Assembly (NCBI GenBank): GCA_029261055.1
Contig: JAJDCA010000014.1
Location: 207,984 to 271,983, forward strand
Length of the DNA stretch: 64,000 nt
DNA from: Candidatus Omnitrophota bacterium
GTDB taxonomy: Bacteria > Omnitrophota > Gorgyraeia > Zapsychrales > Zapsychraceae
Direction of reading: 5' to 3'
The notes beneath the pieces were generated by a model. That model searched no databases. It worked only from the letters and a program-made list of their open reading frames with translations, and was not told the origin of the DNA. A program made the translations under genes and the position numbers. Positions 1 to 8,475 of the stretch are shown one piece after another. The first letter of the stretch is position 1. Each line of letters opens with the position of its first letter.

Positions 1-2
1 CT

Positions 3-161
3 TTCCTTAAACCTATGGCTTTGGCTATTGTCTGGGGTCTTTTGTTCGCGACAGGCATCACGCTTATTGCGATCCCCTGCATTTACGCTATCTTGGATGA
101 CATTACAACCTTATTTTTTCATCGTTCCATGGTCAAAAAGAATTCTTGGCAGAAGGATTAA
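3..161 (+). CDS. 3' end of an RND (AcrB/AcrD/AcrF family) efflux permease, truncated by the window edge
   Basis: Frame 3 reads FLKPMALAIVWGLLFATGITLIAIPCIYAILDD..., matching the last TM helix motif of RND permeases (PMA.AI..GLL.AT..TL..IP..Y); TAA at 159-161. Not in the ORF track. Confidence 0.75.
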   Translation, partial: FLKPMALAIVWGLLFATGITLIAIPCIYAILDDITTLFFHRSMVKKNSWQKD

Positions 162-181
162 TTGTATGCCATACTTTAAGT

Positions 182-210
182 ACAGAAATGAGGCGATGCC
201 TCGTTTTGTG
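182..210 (+). terminator. Hairpin (possible terminator or degenerate REP-like palindrome) after the RND gene
   Basis: acagaaatgaggc-gat-gcctcgttttgt imperfect inverted repeat. Confidence 0.45.
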
Positions 211-214
211 ATGT

Positions 215-305
215 ACATAATTAAAGGTAAACCATTTGTGAGAATGGGACACAAAGTCATGGATCCTAAACCCGGCAAGGTTTAAGACGGCCAGACTGCC
301 GCAAC
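215..305 (+). promoter_or_regulatory. Cyclic-di-GMP class I (GEMM-I) riboswitch aptamer
   Basis: AAAGGTAAA-CCATTT-GTGA-GAATGG-GACACAAAG matches the GGYAAA...GNRA...GACRCAAAG core, with T-A covariation at the Vc2 C22-G45 pair. P3 is gtc..tgg..taaacc/ggttta..cca.gac, ending ACTGCCG. G20- and C92-equivalent bases are present. Confidence 0.88.
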
Positions 306-322
306 AATGCGTTAAATTAATG

Positions 323-356
323 ATCCCATTTCGTGAATATGAAATGGGATTTTTTT
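323..356 (+). terminator. Intrinsic terminator, likely the riboswitch expression platform
   Basis: atcccatttcgt-gaat-atgaaatgggat 12-bp stem followed by a T run, between the aptamer and the ATG at 371. Confidence 0.8.
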
Positions 357-370
357 GTGGGGAAAAGACA

Positions 371-1483
371 ATGAAAAAAATAGGAAAGTTGCTATTAACA
401 ATAGGATTTATTTTAATGTTACAGCCGACGAATTTGCTTTTAGCCGGATCCAATTCTTTTACGCTGCAAACATATTACCCGGCCCCTTATGGTGCGTATG
501 ACCAGCTTATGCTTGTTCCGCGTACAGGTGTGCCATCAGCAGGGTGTGTTACGCATACTTTGGGGATGATGTATGTTAATGATGCCGACAACATCCTTAG
601 GGTCTGTCAGGATGATGGGACAGGAAATCTGAATTGGTTTGCCATGGCGAGTTGGGATTTTAACAGTAGTAATAAGACTCTGACATTAAGTGCTTTTGAT
701 ACGAAAGTTGGTATTGGAACGGTAAATCCTGAGACGACTTTACAAGTAGGTGAGGCCATAAAATTTAGTAATGTTGACGATCCTACCAAAGATCCGGATA
801 TTGAGTTTATGGGTTCTGCTTCGATTGTATCTGAAGGCGATTTACATTTAATAGTTGATGCAAATAATGATTATTCCGGTAATGGCGGGTTAATTATTGG
901 TAAAGATTCTTACACAACAAATGGGACTTTTAAAGAGTTAATGCGTGTGACCGATAATGGGAATGTTGGAGTTGGTGTAGATGATCCTACTGAAAAAATG
1001 GAAGTGGATGGGGGCATAAAAGGTAGACGAGTGACTGCTACTGAAGGCGTAGTCGTGGGGAATGTCACGAATCCTGTTGCAGGTGCTATTCGATTTAATG
1101 GGAGTGATTTTGAAGGTTACACGGGAACAAGTTGGACATCTTTGACGATGAGTAGTGGTAATTCTACTGAGATTACAGGAAATAACCCTACTTGTCCTAC
1201 GGGTACTATTGAAATTCAACGTAATTGGATTTCAAAAATATGTAGTAATCAGGATAAAGATCGATTTGGGCGCACGATGATGGATTGTCCTTCTCGATGT
1301 TCGGAGGGATCAAGGTCTGGTGAAATTCGCGCAGATTTTAGTTGTACAACAGGAGGTGGGTGGCAAGGTATTAGTAGCATCCCAAGCTGTACTTTTCGTG
1401 CTTGTGATCAAGGTGGAGGTCAATGTTCTCGGAGCCCAGTAGAATGCAATGCGGATGAGTGGAACGCTGTGAGGTGTTTATGA
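371..1483 (+). CDS. Secreted fibre/adhesin-like protein with (GN)VGIG repeats and a Cys-rich C-terminal tip
   Basis: Signal peptide MKKIGKLLLTIGFILML; TYYPAPYGAY motif; KVGIGTVNP and GNVGVGVDDP repeats; GAIRFNGSDFEGY; 10 Cys in the last ~96 aa. Start moved from 320 to 371 because the longer ORF overlaps the terminator. Confidence 0.7.
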   Translation: MKKIGKLLLTIGFILMLQPTNLLLAGSNSFTLQTYYPAPYGAYDQLMLVPRTGVPSAGCVTHTLGMMYVNDADNILRVCQDDGTGNLNWFAMASWDFNSSNKTLTLSAFDTKVGIGTVNPETTLQVGEAIKFSNVDDPTKDPDIEFMGSASIVSEGDLHLIVDANNDYSGNGGLIIGKDSYTTNGTFKELMRVTDNGNVGVGVDDPTEKMEVDGGIKGRRVTATEGVVVGNVTNPVAGAIRFNGSDFEGYTGTSWTSLTMSSGNSTEITGNNPTCPTGTIEIQRNWISKICSNQDKDRFGRTMMDCPSRCSEGSRSGEIRADFSCTTGGGWQGISSIPSCTFRACDQGGGQCSRSPVECNADEWNAVRCL

Positions 1484-1508
1484 TTGGTGTGAAACAAGAT
1501 GGCTGCTT

Positions 1509-1940
1509 TTATTTTTTTTCAAAGACATACCGGTATCCAGCCACATAAGCTGGGACATAGAGGGACAGCACGCCGAATAATCCAATGAAGGCAATCTTGG
1601 GGGACGAATACATCATGGCGATGAACGAGTTCCATTCATAGCCGTGTCCGGTCATATCAAAAAATATTTTTAGAAGAAGGAAATATTTCCAAAATTTTGT
1701 GGGAAATACTCGCCAGCGGTAGACATACATTCCTAATAATAGGCAATGCAATAAACTCATGAGGAGCTGTGTAAAATTGACAAAGTAAAAAAAGTAATGG
1801 GCTTTACTAAATGAACATAAGATGGAAAAAAAAAGGTAAACGTGGGATTGCGGTGAGAAAAAATCAAACACTCTATTCAAAGTGAAAAATAAAATAAGCA
1901 AGAAATAAATTTCAAATGGCCAATTCTTTTTTGAAAGCAT
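1509..1940 (-). CDS. Hypothetical integral membrane protein (~4 TM)
   Basis: 143-aa ORF filling the gap, strongly hydrophobic and aromatic. Confidence 0.6.
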   Translation of the reverse strand: MLSKKNWPFEIYFLLILFFTLNRVFDFFSPQSHVYLFFSILCSFSKAHYFFYFVNFTQLLMSLLHCLLLGMYVYRWRVFPTKFWKYFLLLKIFFDMTGHGYEWNSFIAMMYSSPKIAFIGLFGVLSLYVPAYVAGYRYVFEKK

Positions 1941-2111
1941 GGGGACATTATGTCAAAGATTTTTAAAAAATCACGTATTATTTAGAAGTTATCTCAAAGC
2001 CTTTTGAGCCTGGTCATGCTAAAAATGTATTGATCAGGATTAAAACTAGATGCTTATTCATTGGGGATTTCTGGAAAATTTCTAGTTAAAACATTTTGAC
2101 GAATAATTTAA

Positions 2112-2139
2112 TTGACAAAAAAATAAAATTTGGCATAAT
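2112..2139 (+). promoter_or_regulatory. Sigma70-type promoter for rpsA
   Basis: TTGACA-16 nt-CATAAT with a TG extended -10. Confidence 0.7.
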
Positions 2140-2180
2140 GGCCGTTCAAAAATTCAAAAAAGAAAAGAGGAAGTAAACTT

Positions 2181-3728
2181 ATGAATCAGGAAAAACAATC
2201 ATTAATGGCAGAGTTGTACAACGAAACCTTTCATGATATCAAAGAAGGGGAGATCGTGAAGGGTACGATCGTTAGTTTGAGTGAAAAGGAGGCGGTGGTT
2301 GACATCGGGTTTAAATCCGAAGGTTTTGTGGCCATGGAAGAATTTCGCAATATTGATGATTTAGATATTAACAGTGAAATCGATGTTTTGGTTGAGTCAA
2401 TGGAAGACGACGAAGGTCGGTTGATTCTTTCGCATCTTAAGGCTGAAAAATTACGCGGCTGGATGAAGTTTGGCGACACGATTAAAGAGGGTGATGATGT
2501 TGAAGGAAGAGTTGTCAAGCAAGTTAAGGGCGGATTCATTATTGATGTAGAAGGCGTAGAAGCATTTCTTCCAATGTCTTTGTCTGCTTTTCGTGGAGTT
2601 GCTCCAAATGAAATTATGACAAGCAAGTACACGTTTCGTGTTGCAAAATTAAATAAAGCACGGCGCAACCTTATCCTTTCCCGTAGGGAAACTTTTCAAA
2701 AGGAAAAATTAGTTCTTCGCGAAAAATTGTGGGGCGAACTGAATAAAAGCGAAAAGCGTGAAGGGGTTGTTAAAGGAATCACAAATTTTGGTGCTTTCAT
2801 TGACTTAGGCGGTATTGATGGTCTTCTCCATATTACGGATATGAGTTGGACTCGTGTGAATCATCCTTCAGAAGTTGTTACTGTTGGGGATAAAATTGAA
2901 GTTATTGTTTTGGATTTTGATAAAGAGCAATCTAAGGTCTCTTTGGGGCTTAAGCAGATTGTGGATAATCCATGGACGAATATTTATGAAAAATATCCTT
3001 CCGGAACAAAAGTTCAAGGGATCATCGTTAATGTCATGCCGTACGGTGTTTTTGTAGAAATTGAGAGAGGGATTGAAGGTTTGTTACATTCTTCCGAAAT
3101 CACCTGGCAGAAAAAATTAGTTAACCCTCAAGAGATGTTTAAGGTTAAAGATACCATCGAGGTGCAGATTATTAATGTGGATCAAGATTCAAAGAGAATT
3201 TCTTTGAGTATGAAACAATTAGAGTCGAATCCTTGGGCCGATGCTGAAAAAAATTATCCTGTTGGGGCTAAGATTAACGGAAAGATTCGTGGATTCACCG
3301 ATTACGGTGCATTTGTTGAATTAGATTCAGGTTTAGAAGGAATGGTTCACATTTCGGATATGTCCTGGACTAAGAAAATTAATCATCCTCAGGATGTCCT
3401 CAAAAAAGGACAGGAAGTTGATGTAGTGGTTTTAGCTGTTTATCCTGAAGATCGAAAGATTAATTTAGGGCTAAAGCAGATGATTGAAAATCCTTGGCCG
3501 AAGTTAGCAGAAAAATACGCTATTGATTTAGTTGCGGAAGCTGAAGTTGTTCTTAATTCCAATTACGGCGTTTTTGTTAAACTGGAAGAAGATGTGGAAG
3601 CCTTGGTGTATTCTTCTGAAATAGACAAAACACAAGCCTCTACCTTAAAGTCTGGTGATAAACTTAAAGTTAAGATTATCAAAGTCGATGTAGAACAAAT
3701 GAAAATCGGCGTTAGTGCCAGACCGTAA
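2181..3728 (+). CDS. rpsA: 30S ribosomal protein S1
   Basis: Repeated S1 domains (FGAFIDLGGIDGLLHITDMSW, YGAFVELDSGLEGMVHISDMSW). Confidence 0.97.
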   Translation: MNQEKQSLMAELYNETFHDIKEGEIVKGTIVSLSEKEAVVDIGFKSEGFVAMEEFRNIDDLDINSEIDVLVESMEDDEGRLILSHLKAEKLRGWMKFGDTIKEGDDVEGRVVKQVKGGFIIDVEGVEAFLPMSLSAFRGVAPNEIMTSKYTFRVAKLNKARRNLILSRRETFQKEKLVLREKLWGELNKSEKREGVVKGITNFGAFIDLGGIDGLLHITDMSWTRVNHPSEVVTVGDKIEVIVLDFDKEQSKVSLGLKQIVDNPWTNIYEKYPSGTKVQGIIVNVMPYGVFVEIERGIEGLLHSSEITWQKKLVNPQEMFKVKDTIEVQIINVDQDSKRISLSMKQLESNPWADAEKNYPVGAKINGKIRGFTDYGAFVELDSGLEGMVHISDMSWTKKINHPQDVLKKGQEVDVVVLAVYPEDRKINLGLKQMIENPWPKLAEKYAIDLVAEAEVVLNSNYGVFVKLEEDVEALVYSSEIDKTQASTLKSGDKLKVKIIKVDVEQMKIGVSARP

Positions 3729-3743
3729 GTAAAAGTTTGAAAT

Positions 3744-3821
3744 GGTCAGTGTTCAGTGATTAGTGATCAGAATTATGATTGTAAAGGTAATTTGACCACT
3801 GAAAATTGAGCGCTGACTACT
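3744..3821. repeat. Inverted arrays of degenerate heptamer repeats
   Basis: ggtcagt-gttcagt-gattagt-gatcaga ... tttgacc-actgaaa-attgagc-gctgact (reverse-complement units), then a T run. Confidence 0.65.
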
Positions 3822-3830
3822 TTTTTTATT

Positions 3831-4994
3831 ATGACCCCCAAAGAAACTATTCAAGAAATTTCCCGCGGAACGACTGAGATTATTAGTCTAGATAATCTTG
3901 AGAAAAAAATTTGTGCCAGTCAAAAAAAAGGAAAGCCTCTGCGTATCAAAGCAGGGTTTGACCCCACAGCCCCAGATGTTCATTTGGGTCATGTTGTTTT
4001 ATTGAAAAAATTAAAGCAATTTCAGGATTTAGGCCATGAGGTCATTTTACTCATAGGAGATTTTACGGCGCGTATTGGTGACCCCACAGGGCAAGATCAG
4101 CTCCGGGTTGTGCTGAGTCCGGAAGTTATTACAAAAAATGCAAAGACATATCAAGATCAGGTTTTTAAAATATTAGATCCAAAAAAGACTAAGGTTGTAT
4201 TTAATAGTGCGTGGTTGGATGCGTTGTCTTCGCATGATCTGTTACATTTAACAAAATATTCAACGGTAGCTCAAATGCTGGCAAGGGCAGATTTTAAAAA
4301 GCGTTTTGAACAGCAAAGAGAGATTAGCCTTCTTGAATTTATTTATCCTCTTCTTCAAGGGTATGATTCTGTGCATTTAAAGGCCGACGTTGAATTGGGT
4401 GGATTAGATCAAAAATTTAATCTTTTGATGGGGCGTCAATTGCAAGAAGTTTTTGATCAGGAGCCGCAAGTTGTCATTATGACCCCGCTTCTTGAAGGGA
4501 CAGATGGCGTCAAGAAGATGAGTAAGTCTTTAGGTAATTACATTGGGATTACAGAATCACCAAAAGAAATTTTTGGAAAGGTGATGTCGATCAATGATAA
4601 TTTAATGATGAAATATTTTGAATATTTAACAGGGTTTAATTTGGATGAAATTAAAGCGTTGCATCCTAAAGAAGCAAAATTGCAATTAGCGCAAGAGTTG
4701 GTAACGCAGTTTTATGATCAACACATGGCATTAAATGCGCGGAAAGATTTTGAAAAAACTTTTTCTCAAGGGCAATCCCCAGAGGAAATGGACGAATATA
4801 CATTGGGTAAAAATGAATGCCCCTTAGGTCAGATTTTATTGGAAAAAGGATATGTAAAATCTATGCGAGAATTTCAACGATTATTTTCGCAGGGTTCTAT
4901 TAGTCATGAAAATAAAAAAATCATCGATGCCCGTTGGGTGCCAGAAAAGGGAGTAGTGAGGATTGGCAAGCGTCGCTTCCTAAGGCTTAAGTGA
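3831..4994 (+). CDS. tyrS: Tyrosine--tRNA ligase
   Basis: [28 protein letters not shown]. Confidence 0.97.
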   Translation: MTPKETIQEISRGTTEIISLDNLEKKICASQKKGKPLRIKAGFDPTAPDVHLGHVVLLKKLKQFQDLGHEVILLIGDFTARIGDPTGQDQLRVVLSPEVITKNAKTYQDQVFKILDPKKTKVVFNSAWLDALSSHDLLHLTKYSTVAQMLARADFKKRFEQQREISLLEFIYPLLQGYDSVHLKADVELGGLDQKFNLLMGRQLQEVFDQEPQVVIMTPLLEGTDGVKKMSKSLGNYIGITESPKEIFGKVMSINDNLMMKYFEYLTGFNLDEIKALHPKEAKLQLAQELVTQFYDQHMALNARKDFEKTFSQGQSPEEMDEYTLGKNECPLGQILLEKGYVKSMREFQRLFSQGSISHENKKIIDARWVPEKGVVRIGKRRFLRLK

Positions 4995-5054
4995 TATTTT
5001 AAAGTGTTCAAATAGCTTAACTTGTGATCTAAGTAAAAAATCAAAATAAAACGC

Positions 5055-5082
5055 TTGACATAATAAAAAAGGCGGTTATACT
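5055..5082 (+). promoter_or_regulatory. Sigma70-type promoter for the tRNA-Thr/rpmG/secE cluster
   Basis: TTGACA-16 nt-TATACT just upstream of tRNA-Thr. Confidence 0.7.
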
Positions 5083-5097
5083 TCTTATATTTATGCT

Positions 5098-5170
<73 letters not shown>

Positions 5171-5212
5171 TAATGAGTTAAGACCAAAATAAACCAATTG
5201 AGAATTTAAATA

Positions 5213-5365
5213 ATGCGTGAACCAATACAATTTCAATGCACCGAATGTAAGCAAATTAATTACAGTGCTACTAAAGATAAAAAGAAAGCGCCTGAAAGAA
5301 TAGAGTTAAAAAAATATTGCAGATTCTGTAGGAAGCACACTCCGCATAAAGAATTAAAGAAGTAG
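5213..5365 (+). CDS. rpmG: 50S ribosomal protein L33 (Zn-ribbon type)
   Basis: [50 protein letters not shown]; below the ORF-track size cutoff. Confidence 0.95.
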   Translation: MREPIQFQCTECKQINYSATKDKKKAPERIELKKYCRFCRKHTPHKELKK

Positions 5366-5394
5366 TTTGGAGATCAATTTTCTGAAACATAGTT

Positions 5395-5468
5395 AGGCCT
5401 GTAGCTCTAACTGGCAGAGCAACGGTCTCCAAAACCGTGGGTTGTAGGTTCGAATCCTACCAGGCCTG
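5395..5468 (+). tRNA. tRNA-Trp(CCA)
   Basis: Acceptor AGGCCTG/CAGGCCT; anticodon arm ACGGT-CTCCAAA-ACCGT; T arm GTAGG-TTCGAAT-CCTAC; usual position before secE. Confidence 0.95.
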
Positions 5469-5482
5469 TAAGATTAAAAAAT

Positions 5483-5665
5483 ATGAAAACTATTAAAAAA
5501 TTTTTTTCAGAAGTTTTTATTGAACTTAAAAAAGTGTCGTGGTTAACCCGGCGTGAATTAATAGATGCAACATGGATAGTTATCATAAGTTCGTTTTTTT
5601 TAGGTGGATTTATAGGGATATCAGATTTTGTTCTTTCAAAATTGTTAGGTCTTATAATAAGATAG
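5483..5665 (+). CDS. secE: Preprotein translocase SecE
   Basis: ELKKVSW motif, single TM, located before nusG. Confidence 0.93.
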   Translation: MKTIKKFFSEVFIELKKVSWLTRRELIDATWIVIISSFFLGGFIGISDFVLSKLLGLIIR

Positions 5666-5675
5666 GGTTCAATTC

Positions 5676-6209
5676 ATGAGTGATATGAAATGGTACATTG
5701 TGCATACGCAAACAGGATCCGAAGAGAAGGCTAAGGCTGGTCTCGAAGGACGGATAGCTACAACTGCATTAAAGCAATATATTGGTGAAGTCGTTGTTCC
5801 AACCGAACAAGTATCTGAAATTCGTGGAGGAAAAAAGAGAATTACTTCACGTAAATTCTTTCCTGGATACATCATTATTAAAATGGATATGAATAAAGAG
5901 AGTTGGTATCTTGTCAAAAGTACACCGGGAATTACTGGATTTATTGGCCCTGGTCGAAAGCCAACGCCCATTTCTGAACAGGAAGTAGAAGATATTGTAA
6001 GGCGGACAGAAGATACAGAGACAAAGCCAACCCCGAAAAAAACATTTGAAATTACTGAATCTATTAGGATCGCACAAGGTCCTTTCGCTAATTTTAATGG
6101 AACTGTTATGGAGATTTATCCGGATAGAGGTAAATTAAAGGTCAGCGTTTCTATTTTTGGTCGATCAACACTCGTCGAATTGGAATACTGGCAAATTGAG
6201 AAATTGTAA
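5676..6209 (+). CDS. nusG: Transcription factor NusG
   Basis: WYIVHT, FFPGY, KOW motif GPFANFNG, IFGRST. Confidence 0.97.
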   Translation: MSDMKWYIVHTQTGSEEKAKAGLEGRIATTALKQYIGEVVVPTEQVSEIRGGKKRITSRKFFPGYIIIKMDMNKESWYLVKSTPGITGFIGPGRKPTPISEQEVEDIVRRTEDTETKPTPKKTFEITESIRIAQGPFANFNGTVMEIYPDRGKLKVSVSIFGRSTLVELEYWQIEKL

Positions 6210-6257
6210 TTATCTTGAAGAATTGCGCAGCAATCAATTCCTAAATTAGGTGAAATT

Positions 6258-6683
6258 ATGGCAAAAGAAGTAGTTGGACAAATTAAATTGTATGTCCCAG
6301 CAGGACAAGCAAATCCTGCGCCACCTGTTGGTCCTGCTTTGGGTCAGCATGGTGTGAACATCATGGGTTTTTGCAAGGCTTTTAATGAAAAAACTAAAGG
6401 AAGAGAAGGTCTTATTCTTCCTGCTGTTATTTCCGTGTATAAAGATAAATCGTTTGATTTTATTATTAAAACCCCACCGAGTTCAATTTTGATTAAAAAA
6501 GTGGCTAATTTAGCTAAGGCCTCAGGTACGGCTGGGAAAGAAACGATTGCAAAGATTACTAAACAGCAAGTGTCTGAAATTGCAAAAACAAAAATGGAAG
6601 ATTTAAACACAACAAGTTTAGATCAAGCTTGCAAAATTATTCAAGGAACAGCCCGAAGTATGGGCATTGAAGTAGAGGCGTAA
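6258..6683 (+). CDS. rplK: 50S ribosomal protein L11
   Basis: [22 protein letters not shown]. Confidence 0.98.
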   Translation: MAKEVVGQIKLYVPAGQANPAPPVGPALGQHGVNIMGFCKAFNEKTKGREGLILPAVISVYKDKSFDFIIKTPPSSILIKKVANLAKASGTAGKETIAKITKQQVSEIAKTKMEDLNTTSLDQACKIIQGTARSMGIEVEA

Positions 6684-6684
6684 A

Positions 6685-7365
6685 ATGGTTAAACTCAGCA
6701 AACGAATGAAAAAAGCTTTTGAATCACTTAATATAGAGAAAACATATTCTCTAGAAGAGGCTATGGAAAGGATAAGCACTTTTCCTAAAGTTAAATTTGA
6801 TGAAACAGTAGAATTGCATTTTTCTCTTTCAAGCAATCCTAAAAATTCTGACCAAATGGTAAGGGGGACAGTTGTTCTTCCTCATGGGCTGGGTAAGGAT
6901 GTTAAGGTTGCTGTTTTTTGTAAAGGGGAAGCTGAACAGAAAGCTAAGGATGCAGGGGCTGATTATGTTGGAAGTAAGGATCTTATTGAAAAAGTTTCAA
7001 AAGGTTTTTTAGGTTTTGATGTTGTTGTTGCCATGCCGGATATGATGCGTGATTTAAGTAAATTAGGTAAAGTATTGGGGCCTCGTGGGCTTATGCCAAC
7101 GCCAAAGGCTGGTACCGTGACGACGGATATTGAACGGGCTATTAAAGAGGTTAAAGCTGGAAAGGTTCAGTTTAAATCGGATAAGCAGGCAGGCATTCAC
7201 CTCGGAATCGGTAAAAGATCCTTTTCTAAAGAAAAAATTCTTGAAAATGCAAAGCATCTTTTAGAGGCTATTAATCATGCGAAACCAATGAGCATCAAAG
7301 GTCATTTAATAAAAAACTTGTCTGTGTCCACAACTATGGGCCCTGGATTGAGGATTGCCATATGA
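6685..7365 (+). CDS. rplA: 50S ribosomal protein L1
   Basis: KFDETVE, LGPRGLMP, STTMGPG. Confidence 0.98.
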   Translation: MVKLSKRMKKAFESLNIEKTYSLEEAMERISTFPKVKFDETVELHFSLSSNPKNSDQMVRGTVVLPHGLGKDVKVAVFCKGEAEQKAKDAGADYVGSKDLIEKVSKGFLGFDVVVAMPDMMRDLSKLGKVLGPRGLMPTPKAGTVTTDIERAIKEVKAGKVQFKSDKQAGIHLGIGKRSFSKEKILENAKHLLEAINHAKPMSIKGHLIKNLSVSTTMGPGLRIAI

Positions 7366-7883
7366 AGAGAGTAGGTCAAATTTATCGTGAAGATTTTGTC
7401 TCAAAAATAAAAGAAGGGATCGGGAATAATAATGCCTTTCTTTTGAGTCATTCTAATGTCGCTGGAAATCAACTTAGTGATTTTCGAAAAACCTTGAAGG
7501 CTTCAGGAGCAAGGATGAATGCTTCAAAAAATTCGCTTGTACGCATAGCCCTTAAGGATTTAAAATTTGACGCACTTGCAGATAAAGTTGAACGGCAAAC
7601 TTCTGTTGTCTGGAGTGATAAAGATGCCGTAGAGTTGGCAAAAATTTTAGTTAAATTTGAAGAAAGTCTTGATGAGGTTAAAATCCAAGGTGGTATTGTT
7701 GAAGGCGGAGTGCTTGAGCCTGTCGATATTAAAAGATTATCTGATTTACCTTCTCGTGAAGTTCTATTATCTCAACTTTTTGCTGCAATCCAATCACCTT
7801 TGACGCGTTTTGCCACAGCATTGAATGCCAAAACACGAGAATTATTGTCTGTATTAAAACAATTGGCAGATAAGAAAAAATAG
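7362..7883 (+). CDS. rplJ: 50S ribosomal protein L10
   Basis: KNSL and LPSREVLL motifs; synteny. Confidence 0.93.
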   Translation: MKRVGQIYREDFVSKIKEGIGNNNAFLLSHSNVAGNQLSDFRKTLKASGARMNASKNSLVRIALKDLKFDALADKVERQTSVVWSDKDAVELAKILVKFEESLDEVKIQGGIVEGGVLEPVDIKRLSDLPSREVLLSQLFAAIQSPLTRFATALNAKTRELLSVLKQLADKKK

Positions 7884-7926
7884 TTTTTTTCTTATCTCTT
7901 AAGTGAAAAAAAAGGAGAAAATTAAG

Positions 7927-8355
7927 ATGTCAGAAGATACAGTAGTGGAAGAAGAAAAAAAAGAACTTTCCCCAAAACTAGAAGAAGTTTTAAAGACTAT
8001 TGAAGGATTAACTGCTCTTGAAATTTCCGAATTAGTTAAAGGTCTTGAGGATAAATTTGGGATTCAAGCAGCTGCACCTATGGCTGCCGGCATGATGATG
8101 CCAGGCGCTGGAGCTGGTGCAGGAGCAGCTGAGGAAGAAGAAAAGACTGAATTTGATGTTGTTCTTACCGAAGTTGGTGCTACTAAAATTGCTGTTATTA
8201 AAGAAGTTAGGGCGGCAACTAATTTAGGTTTGAAAGAGGCAAAGGATCTTGTCGAATCTGCTCCTAAGTCGGTTAAAGAAGGTATTTCTAAGGAAGAAGC
8301 TGAAGAATTGAAGAAAAAACTAGAAGCTGCCGGAGCAAAAGCTGAGCTGAAGTAG
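7927..8355 (+). CDS. rplL: 50S ribosomal protein L7/L12
   Basis: [21 protein letters not shown]; ATG 7927 follows AAGGAG. Confidence 0.97.
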   Translation: MSEDTVVEEEKKELSPKLEEVLKTIEGLTALEISELVKGLEDKFGIQAAAPMAAGMMMPGAGAGAGAAEEEEKTEFDVVLTEVGATKIAVIKEVRAATNLGLKEAKDLVESAPKSVKEGISKEEAEELKKKLEAAGAKAELK

Positions 8356-8475
8356 TTCAATATTGATATTGTAAGGCGATCGAAACATCGTCTAATGAGA
8401 CGTGGCAAAGCCACGTCTCTGCAGTCTCATACAACGAAGCCGTAAAGGCCCAATTCAACCCCTCGAGTTAAAAAT

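Noticed and set aside
215-305. c-AMP-GMP (GEMM-Ib) specificity
   Set aside because: The position equivalent to Vc2 G20 is G, not A.
28-453. ORFs 28..285 (+) and 133..453 (-), and the 320 start of the fibre gene
   Set aside because: They overlap the real RND 3' end, the riboswitch and the terminator, and show no protein motifs.
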